A DNA stretch of 52,139 nucleotides from a virus (Duplodnaviria > Heunggongvirae > Uroviricota > Caudoviricetes). The notes beneath the pieces are model-generated. The model saw only the letters and a program-made list of their open reading frames with translations. It was not told the origin of the DNA and did not search any database. The DNA lies in the IMG/VR virus record IMGVR_UViG_2541047752_000007, positions 1 through 52,139 of that record. One strand, given 5' to 3'. Below, piece after piece: positions 44,663 through 52,139 of this stretch. The position numbers and the translations under genes are program-made. Position 1 is the first letter of the stretch. Each line of letters starts with the position of its first letter.

Positions 44663-47600
44663 ATGAGTAGCGGCGGCGGCAAAGCAAAAACACCGACTTT
44701 GATTAATGATAACCTTTATCACAAACAGTTTTATCGTGTGCTGGATATTATTTCGGAAGGTCCGATTTATGGCCCTGTCAATACCAGTGCGCCATTAAAT
44801 AGCGTAATGCTTAATGACACTCCTGTAACTGACGCGAACGGTAATACCAGTATCCCTGGTGTTAGCGTTGCGTGGCGAAATGGTACTGCCGACCAGTCAC
44901 CAATCAACGGCTTTAATGCCATCGAATCAACGGTAATGGTTAACGCGCAGGTGAAGCACGACACGCCACTTGTAAGGACGGTATCAGATCCGAACGTGAC
45001 GCGAGTCCGGTTAAATATTGGCGTGGATTCACTGGTGGAAAGCGATAGCCAATCAAACCAGAAAGAAACATCTGTCATTATGGCGATCGACGTTAAACCG
45101 TCCTCATCCTCAACATGGTCGTCTATTAAGGCCGTGCAAATAGGTCCAGGTAAAATCAGCGGAGAATACCTTGAAGCGCATATTATTGATGCGCCAGATG
45201 AAAAGCCGTTTGATATTCGCGTTCGCCGCGTAACCGCTGATAACACAAGTGATCTATTGCAGAATGATACGCGGTGGAGTAGCTACAGCGAAATAATCGA
45301 CGATAATTTGTCTTATCCTCACACTGCTGTAGCAGGCGCGGTAATTGATCACGATCAGTATACTGACACACCTACACGCACTTATCACCTGCGTGGGCTT
45401 ATTGTTGACGTGCCTGATAACTACGACCCGGAAACGCGCACTTATTCCGGTTTATGGCTTGGCGGATTTAAACAGGCTTACACTAATAACCCTGCGTGGA
45501 TCTTTCGTTACCTGGTTAAAAACGAGCGTTTCGGCCTTGCCCGCCATGCTGGTTATATCGACGTTGACGACGGCGCATTATACACACTTTCCCAATACTG
45601 CGACCAGTTGGTCGATGATGGTTACGGTGGCCTTGAGCCTCGCGTGACGCTTAATGCGTACATAACAGAGCAAATGAGCGCCCGCGATTTGCTGGACAAT
45701 ATCGCCGGGATGTTCCGTGGCATCGCGTTATGGGACGGGCAACGTCTTACCGTAATGATTGATGCACCGCAAGATCCAATAGCCACCATTACGAATGCAA
45801 ACGTCGTTGATGGCGCGTTCACTCGTTCGAGTATCGCCCGTGCGGAATGCTACAACGCCGTGATCGTATCCTGGACTGACCCGGAAAACGGGTGGGAGCA
45901 GTCAAAAGAGTATGTAGCAGATGATGAGCTAATCGCCCGCGATGGTTACAACGAAACCACGATGGAGGCGTTCGGCTGTACGTCACGCGGGCAAGCGTAC
46001 CGCGCGGGCAAATGGCTGATAGAAACAGCAAAACGCGAGCCGTCAAAATTCACGTTTAAAATGGCACGTGACGCGATTCACTTTACGCCAGGGGATATAG
46101 TCGAAATCCTCGACAATAACCGCGCAGGTGCGCGTTTAGGTGGGCGTATCGTGGCGAACAATGGAAACGTGATAACGGTCGATAAGGTTGACAGCGACTA
46201 TATCACAGCAGGCGACACCATCAGCTTACTCGACAGCGACGGCAAATTTAAAAAACATCAGATTACTGGTGTAAACGGAAACGAAATCACACTAGCGGCG
46301 GCCCCGGCATGGATTCGGAACGGTACTGTATTTGCTGTATCCACCGAAGCGGCAAAACCCGTTTTATGCCGGATCACCAGTGTAGCCGAAACCGAAAATA
46401 ATAGCGTGTATACCATCGAAGCAGCGCAACATGACCCGAACAAACAAGCGGTAGTCGATGAAGGCGCGATATTTGAAATCAACAACGACACGCTTAATCA
46501 CTTCCGTGTCCCGAACATTGAAAACCTGAAAGTGGTAAACATCGGATCTGAAACAGTTCAATGCCGAGCTACATGGGAAACACAGACAACCACGCATCGC
46601 ATGACATTCGAGATCCGCATATACAATACTGATGGTGCGGTGGTTAAAAGCTACGAAACAACGAAATACAGTTATGATTTTTATGGTATTGACGCTGGCG
46701 CGTATTCGTTAGGCGTTCGCGGAAGAAACGATACTGGCATGAAAGGCGCTGAAAGCATTGTTGATCTTGTTATTGGTGCTCCAGCCGCGCCAGTTGGCGT
46801 AAATTGGGTTCCAGGCGTATTTCAGGCGACCGTGTACCCGATAAGCAAAACCACGCTTACTACCGATACGTCATATGAATTCTACTATGCAGGGGAAAAT
46901 CAGATCACAGATCCGGCAAAAATAACCACGTCGGCACAGTTTACCGGGCGCGGGTATCAGTGGACGTTCGGCGGCATGAATACGGGCCATACTTATTACG
47001 TTTATGTGCGCACTCGTAATGCTTTTGGTGTGTCTGATTTCGTCGAGGCATCAGGTAAGCCAACAGAGGATTTTGACGAAATCACTGATTACGTTACAAA
47101 GGATGTAATGGAATCAGAGCAATTCAAGGAGATGATTAGCGACATTAAAGATCTTGGTGATCGCACTGATATTGTAGAAGGAGCTACCGAAGACCTTAAA
47201 ATAGCTACAGAGGATCTTAAAGCTGACACAGATACACTTAAAAAAGACACCGAAGACCTTTATAAAAAAGTCGAAGAAAACGCCGATGAAATAGGCAAAC
47301 ATGAGGTAAGAATAGACTCATTAGAGGTATCAAACGAAAACGTTAACAACGAACTGGCACAGGCAAAAGCAAGTTTACAAAACGCTTCGCTTGCTCTGAT
47401 CAATAACTCGCTTGCTCAAACTAACACGCGGGTTACTCTTACCGCTCAATATAAGAAAGGTCGCAACGAAACAAAGGCACAGATTGACCGCATCGACAAC
47501 GTTATCGCAGAGGAGAAAAAAGCGACAGCGGAATCACTGGAAACCATCACAGCCGAAATAAATACGATAGACTCAAACATCAAAGGAGAAATAGCCCGCG

Positions 47601-48715
47601 TAGACAAAGCAATAGCAACCGAAACGCAGGCGAGAACGGAAGCTATAAGCAACGTTAACGCCAGTATCAGCAGCCTGGAAAACAAAACTGATGCGAGCGT
47701 TTCTCGTCTCGATCAAGCTATCGCTGACGAATCAAGCGCCCGCGCTCAGGCAATATCAGGAATCAGTGCGGAGCTTGGTCTTGTTGAAAATGAGGTTGAT
47801 AAAAACAGCAACGAAATAGATCAGGCGAAAGCAAGTCTGCAAAACGCCTCGATTGCACTTATCAACAACTCAATAGCGCAAAGCAAGATGAGCACCGTTA
47901 TTGAGGCGAAGTACAGGAAAGGCCAGACAAAAACAAAAGCGGAAATAGCAAGGATCGACACAGCAATAGCAGACGAAACCCAGGCCCGCGCGGAGGCTAT
48001 AGCATCACTTGAAGCCAATATTAATGAAAACATTTCAGCAAAAATAACAGATATATCAACGGCGCTCGCAACTCACGAGGCATCAAGTGCTGAAAAATTT
48101 GTCAAAATATCGGCATCTTTCGACGATGTAAATTCAAGTATCACGGAATGGTCACAGGCTATGGCAACGGCAGACGAGGCATTATCAACCAAAATTGATC
48201 AGCTAACAGTTACCGTTAACGGAAACACAACAGCTATCGAGACGACATCGAAAGCATTAACTGATTTCAAAGGTGACGTTAACGCATCATATTCAATCAA
48301 GATTGCCACTGATAACAACGGAATGAAATATGCCACTGGCATGTCGCTTGGCCTGACTGGTAGCGGTACGAACGCTCAATCGCAGTGTATTTTCCTCGTC
48401 GATCGCTTCGTGTTAATGACGGCAGCAAACGGCACATACACAACGCCTTTCTATGTCACTGGCGGAGCAATGTATGTACGTGAAGCGTTTATTAAGGACG
48501 CATCAATCACCAACGCGAAAATAGGTTCTTACATCCAGTCAAATAACTATGTTTCCGGCAGCACAGGCTGGAAACTTGATAAATCAGGTACATTCGAAAA
48601 CTACGGATCAGTAAGCGGTGAAGGAGCAATGAAATGGACGAACACAACTATCTCAGTAAAAGATGGTAATGGCGTGTTACGCGTCCAGGTTGGGCGAATT
48701 ACCGGATCATGGTAG
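44663..48715 (+). CDS. J: tail tip / host-specificity protein J (central tail fiber)
   Basis: 1350 aa; position after I; conserved J-like N-terminal two thirds; coiled-coil repeat region near C-terminus. Confidence 0.85.
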   Translation: MSSGGGKAKTPTLINDNLYHKQFYRVLDIISEGPIYGPVNTSAPLNSVMLNDTPVTDANGNTSIPGVSVAWRNGTADQSPINGFNAIESTVMVNAQVKHDTPLVRTVSDPNVTRVRLNIGVDSLVESDSQSNQKETSVIMAIDVKPSSSSTWSSIKAVQIGPGKISGEYLEAHIIDAPDEKPFDIRVRRVTADNTSDLLQNDTRWSSYSEIIDDNLSYPHTAVAGAVIDHDQYTDTPTRTYHLRGLIVDVPDNYDPETRTYSGLWLGGFKQAYTNNPAWIFRYLVKNERFGLARHAGYIDVDDGALYTLSQYCDQLVDDGYGGLEPRVTLNAYITEQMSARDLLDNIAGMFRGIALWDGQRLTVMIDAPQDPIATITNANVVDGAFTRSSIARAECYNAVIVSWTDPENGWEQSKEYVADDELIARDGYNETTMEAFGCTSRGQAYRAGKWLIETAKREPSKFTFKMARDAIHFTPGDIVEILDNNRAGARLGGRIVANNGNVITVDKVDSDYITAGDTISLLDSDGKFKKHQITGVNGNEITLAAAPAWIRNGTVFAVSTEAAKPVLCRITSVAETENNSVYTIEAAQHDPNKQAVVDEGAIFEINNDTLNHFRVPNIENLKVVNIGSETVQCRATWETQTTTHRMTFEIRIYNTDGAVVKSYETTKYSYDFYGIDAGAYSLGVRGRNDTGMKGAESIVDLVIGAPAAPVGVNWVPGVFQATVYPISKTTLTTDTSYEFYYAGENQITDPAKITTSAQFTGRGYQWTFGGMNTGHTYYVYVRTRNAFGVSDFVEASGKPTEDFDEITDYVTKDVMESEQFKEMISDIKDLGDRTDIVEGATEDLKIATEDLKADTDTLKKDTEDLYKKVEENADEIGKHEVRIDSLEVSNENVNNELAQAKASLQNASLALINNSLAQTNTRVTLTAQYKKGRNETKAQIDRIDNVIAEEKKATAESLETITAEINTIDSNIKGEIARVDKAIATETQARTEAISNVNASISSLENKTDASVSRLDQAIADESSARAQAISGISAELGLVENEVDKNSNEIDQAKASLQNASIALINNSIAQSKMSTVIEAKYRKGQTKTKAEIARIDTAIADETQARAEAIASLEANINENISAKITDISTALATHEASSAEKFVKISASFDDVNSSITEWSQAMATADEALSTKIDQLTVTVNGNTTAIETTSKALTDFKGDVNASYSIKIATDNNGMKYATGMSLGLTGSGTNAQSQCIFLVDRFVLMTAANGTYTTPFYVTGGAMYVREAFIKDASITNAKIGSYIQSNNYVSGSTGWKLDKSGTFENYGSVSGEGAMKWTNTTISVKDGNGVLRVQVGRITGSW
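47360..48010 (+). repeat. intragenic duplication in J C-terminal coiled-coil region
   Basis: QAKASLQNASLALINNSLAQ...YKKGRNETKAQIDRIDN repeated as QAKASLQNASIALINNSIAQ...YRKGQTKTKAEIARIDT about 460 bp later. Confidence 0.7.
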
Positions 48716-48764
48716 AATTAAGGGGCCGACTTGTTCGGCCTCATTTTATTATGGAGGTGTAATA

Positions 48765-49076
48765 ATGGCTACTTTCGGCGTGGCAACATGGGACGCCAAC
48801 GGAAATCCTAATAACTACGGAATTAAACCTTCCGTAGTAGTCGGCTATATTTCCCTATCTTCCGGGCAAGTATCCGGCACATATAATTTTACCGTTCCTA
48901 CAGGATGTAAATTATCATATGCTATGACGCTTGATTATGGCACAACATCATCAACGCGCAGAAAGATCAGTATTTCAGGCGGTACTGTTTCCATTTCCTC
49001 AGCAGGTGATACGGTTGGTGCTAATATATGGCCCGCATCGCAGTGTGAACTGGTTATTTTTACGGAGAGCGCATAA
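48765..49076 (+). CDS. hypothetical tail-associated protein (MATFG paralog 1)
   Basis: 103 aa from MATFGVATW; GGAGGTG RBS. Confidence 0.45.
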   Translation: MATFGVATWDANGNPNNYGIKPSVVVGYISLSSGQVSGTYNFTVPTGCKLSYAMTLDYGTTSSTRRKISISGGTVSISSAGDTVGANIWPASQCELVIFTESA

Positions 49077-49676
49077 ATGGCTACTTTCGGCGCTTATTTA
49101 CGTTTAAGTAATGGCAATATTTTCGTAACTCCAGATTCGACACCTATGTGCCTTTATTCGCGGGTTGCTCTAAATTCAAGCCAACAGCAAACAATAGCCG
49201 TTCCCAATGGTAAGCCTGTAATGGTATTCATAAAAAACACAAACGATACCGCTACTGGTGTAGCCTATCGCAATTCATCGTCTACCATAGTGATCCCACC
49301 TGGGAATGGTTATGCGTATATATTCAGCATCTTCCCACAATCGCGTCCTAAGTGGGGGATGGCTATATGGAACGCTTCAGGGGAACTGGTATTGACAAAC
49401 GAATCAAGAATATTAACAGACATTGTTACGGTAGGCACGGCTGGATCGAGTGGTGGGATTTATATTGATCAGACGTTATCAGGATCTTATGCGGTAGTTC
49501 CTCAGATATTGGGGGCCGCTGTAGGTATGGGTTCCGCAACAATATATACAGAATCATACTACAACGGCAGCAATACACGAATTCGCGGGAAGATGGTTGG
49601 TAGCTTGCAACAGATTTACGGTTACATTAATCACGGGAACGCTATCACCGCCATTAAAACCGACGCCTATGATTAA
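49077..49676 (+). CDS. hypothetical tail-associated protein (MATFG paralog 2)
   Basis: 199 aa starting MATFGAYL; N-terminal similarity to preceding gene. Confidence 0.45.
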   Translation: MATFGAYLRLSNGNIFVTPDSTPMCLYSRVALNSSQQQTIAVPNGKPVMVFIKNTNDTATGVAYRNSSSTIVIPPGNGYAYIFSIFPQSRPKWGMAIWNASGELVLTNESRILTDIVTVGTAGSSGGIYIDQTLSGSYAVVPQILGAAVGMGSATIYTESYYNGSNTRIRGKMVGSLQQIYGYINHGNAITAIKTDAYD

Positions 49677-49912
49677 TTCAGTTCCGGGCAATCCGTTTTC
49701 TTGAAGTGGTCAACGCTTACCCATTGGAAGTTAAACGGATACCCGGCCTTAACCATTTTATGACCGCCAACATCCGCGACACCGAAGACTGCAACCGCAT
49801 ATTCATTACCTCCAGCCTGATAAGTTGCCGTGCATTCACGTTTCGGCATATCAGCGCAACCAACCATACCAGCGACCATTGCAGCTATAGCGATATTTTT
49901 AAAGCCTTTCAT
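49673..49912 (-). CDS. small lipoprotein, Cor/Llp-like superinfection-exclusion candidate
   Basis: 79 aa from MKGFKNIAIAAMVAGMVGC (lipobox MVGC); GGAGGA RBS; reverse strand just downstream of J. Confidence 0.45.
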   Translation of the reverse strand: MKGFKNIAIAAMVAGMVGCADMPKRECTATYQAGGNEYAVAVFGVADVGGHKMVKAGYPFNFQWVSVDHFKKTDCPELN

Positions 49913-50071
49913 TGTCTTATCCTCCATTGTTCCGTCGGTTGTAGTATCCATAAACATCGTTTTCTCAACATTGATATAAATCAATAAATACATTTTGTAT
50001 AAACCAGAAATGTAACGCAGATCACAAAATGGTAAAATTACCAGGTTAATTAACATAATGGAGTCATTGCG

Positions 50072-51862
50072 ATGATTTACACAACAGGCACGATAGCCGT
50101 TAGCGGAAACACAGTTACCGGAAAGGGGACTGAATTCAACGCCGCATTATCTCTGATCAGAGTTGGTTGCACCCTTATTGCCATTAGCAATCCGGTGCAG
50201 ATTTTCTCAATCACAGAGGTAAAAAGCGCAACAAGTTTATCAGTAACACCTGCGGCAAGTCCTGCTATTCCGGCTGGAACTAAATTTAGCATCCTGCTTT
50301 CAGATTCGATCTCTGTGGATGGTCTTGCTCAGGATGTCGCCGAAACACTGCGTTACTATCAGGGCAAAGAATCAGAAATAGCGGACGCAGTTGAATTTTT
50401 TAGCGACAACAAAGATGTGATTTCAGCCTCAAAATTAGCATCACAATCAGCTACCACTGCAACCAACGCTGCAACAACAGCGACAACCGCCGCCGATTCA
50501 GCCAAGACATACAGAGACGAGGCCCACGAATACGCCAATCAGACAGCAGAGCCGTACAGATATGTTTTACAGCCGCTGCCGGATGTGTGGATACCCTTTA
50601 ATGATTCGCTGGATATGATTACGGGCTATTCTCCGGGTTATAAAAAAGTGAAGATTGGTGATAATGTGGTTCAGGTTGCCAGTGATAAACAGGTTAATTT
50701 CAGTCGCGCATCAACGGCAACATATATCAACAAATCTGGCGAACTGAAAACGGCGGAAATTAATGAGCCACGATTTGAAAAAGAAGGTTTATTGATTGAA
50801 GGTCAGCGAACCAACTACATGTTGAATTCAGTAACTCCAGCTTCTTGGGGTAAATCTGCAAATATGAATGTCGCTGAGGTTGGAACTGATAGTTTTGGTT
50901 TTACTTATGGAAAGTTTGTTTGTAATGAATCATTAATTGGGCAAAGTACAACCCTTAATATGGCAGCAGTTTCAACCTCGGGGGGGGTCGATGTATCAGG
51001 CGATAATAAGAGTGTGACGACATCGTGCAGATTTAAAACGGATTTGGAACTCCTGTTAAGGATCAGGTTTGAAGCCTTCGATGGCAGCACTTCATCTAAT
51101 CTTGGATATGCCATTGTTAATACGCGGTCTTTATTGGTTGAAATCACCGGTGTAGCTGCCGACAGGCTCACCGCACGAGTTAACAAAGATGAAGCTACGG
51201 GCTGGATTTTTGTAGAGGCAACGATTCAAGCAAGTAAAGAAACTTACATAACCTCTGCAATACAATACGCACCAAAAAAAGGTGGTGTCGTTGAATCTGG
51301 TGACTATATTTATCTGGCCACCCCTCAGGTTGAGGATGGTTCGTGTGTATCATCTTTTATTATATCAGGAACGACGGCGGCGACGCGCGCAAGCGATATG
51401 GTTACAGTTCCGATTAAGAATAATCTTTATAATCTTCCTTTTACGGTTCTTTGTGAGGTACATAAGAACTGGTATAAAACGCCAAATGCAGCACCGCGTG
51501 TTTTTAATATCAGCGGTCATCAAACCGGAGCGGGGATCGAAATGGGGTTTGGTTCATCAGGTAGGTACGACGGTTTTCCGTATTGCAATATAAGTGGTTC
51601 AGACCGACGAATAAATGAAAATGCCGGGCTGAAAAAAATGCTTATTGGTATGCGGGTAAAGTCCGAACGGTCCACATGTGTAGTCAGTAACGGTAAGTTA
51701 AGCAGCGAAACAAAAACAACCTGGACTTATATTCAAAGCTCCGCAACTATTCGTATCGGTGGTCAGACAACGACAGGACAACGTCATTTATTTGGTCATG
51801 TTAGAAATTTTCGAGTATGGCATAAGGCATTAACTGATGCGCAATTAAGCGAAATTGTTTAA
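50072..51862 (+). CDS. tail fiber protein
   Basis: 596 aa; N-terminal MIYTTGTIAVSGNTVTGKGTEF; Ala/Thr-rich stretch ATTATNAATTATTAADSAKTYRDEA. Confidence 0.6.
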   Translation: MIYTTGTIAVSGNTVTGKGTEFNAALSLIRVGCTLIAISNPVQIFSITEVKSATSLSVTPAASPAIPAGTKFSILLSDSISVDGLAQDVAETLRYYQGKESEIADAVEFFSDNKDVISASKLASQSATTATNAATTATTAADSAKTYRDEAHEYANQTAEPYRYVLQPLPDVWIPFNDSLDMITGYSPGYKKVKIGDNVVQVASDKQVNFSRASTATYINKSGELKTAEINEPRFEKEGLLIEGQRTNYMLNSVTPASWGKSANMNVAEVGTDSFGFTYGKFVCNESLIGQSTTLNMAAVSTSGGVDVSGDNKSVTTSCRFKTDLELLLRIRFEAFDGSTSSNLGYAIVNTRSLLVEITGVAADRLTARVNKDEATGWIFVEATIQASKETYITSAIQYAPKKGGVVESGDYIYLATPQVEDGSCVSSFIISGTTAATRASDMVTVPIKNNLYNLPFTVLCEVHKNWYKTPNAAPRVFNISGHQTGAGIEMGFGSSGRYDGFPYCNISGSDRRINENAGLKKMLIGMRVKSERSTCVVSNGKLSSETKTTWTYIQSSATIRIGGQTTTGQRHLFGHVRNFRVWHKALTDAQLSEIV

Positions 51863-51872
51863 GGTGGTTAAC

Positions 51873-52139
51873 ATGAAAGACGTTAGCTTGCAATTTACTG
51901 ACAAACAGCAATACAACGACATTGTGATTAATAGCGGCTGGCTGGATGCCAATTGGTCAACCGTGTTTATTGATGATATCGGTTTTGTCCTTGTATTCGA
52001 CGATCCAGAAAGCGAGACACCTGTACTTATTGGGAAAAAAGGTTATTACGTCAACGTGCGTATAACTGGTGACGATGTTGATATTTCTCAGCTTGAGCCT
52101 TTCATCGTTCCAGATCCAGGCGTCCGCGCATGGGCTTAA
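51873..52139 (+). CDS. hypothetical protein, possible tail fiber assembly protein
   Basis: ORF 51855-52139, ATG at 51873; stop at last base of window. Confidence 0.3.
   Translation: MKDVSLQFTDKQQYNDIVINSGWLDANWSTVFIDDIGFVLVFDDPESETPVLIGKKGYYVNVRITGDDVDISQLEPFIVPDPGVRAWA

Noticed and set aside
1-52139. tRNA genes, CRISPR arrays, integrase, att sites
   Set aside because: No cloverleaf-like tRNA sequence, no regularly spaced direct repeats, and no integrase ORF were seen; the integrase is presumably just left of position 1. att core cannot be identified without the flanking host sequence.

Overview
The window is almost entirely one temperate, lambdoid-mosaic siphovirus prophage from an enterobacterial-type host; the integrase and att sites lie outside the window. 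Left to right: a leftward early operon (HTH_36 protein, DUF4373 replisome organizer, T5orf172-like protein, HTH-metallophosphoesterase, DnaB-like helicase, NinB, AlpA/Xis-like protein), a CI-like S24 repressor (7860-8507), a strong sigma70-like promoter at 8631-8659 driving a rightward early operon (Arg-rich N-like protein, Erf, SSB, Dam-like N6A methyltransferase, a compact C5-methyltransferase-like protein, NinG, RusA, Q-like antiterminator), about 4.7 kb of small unknown ORFs, a lysis cassette (pinholin, SAR endolysin, Rz with embedded Rz1), an HExxH protein, then TerS/TerL, portal, head genes and a lambda-like tail set (H, M, L, K, I, J, tail fiber). The strongest hidden signal is a tandem array of nine tiny single-transmembrane peptide genes (25254-26062), each with its own Shine-Dalgarno sequence and all below the ORF-track cutoff. 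Other points worth follow-up are reverse-strand moron operons inserted between tail genes, a Cor-like lipoprotein after J, and recurring intergenic sequence motifs. All calls come from reading the sequence and remembered family motifs; no database search was run.
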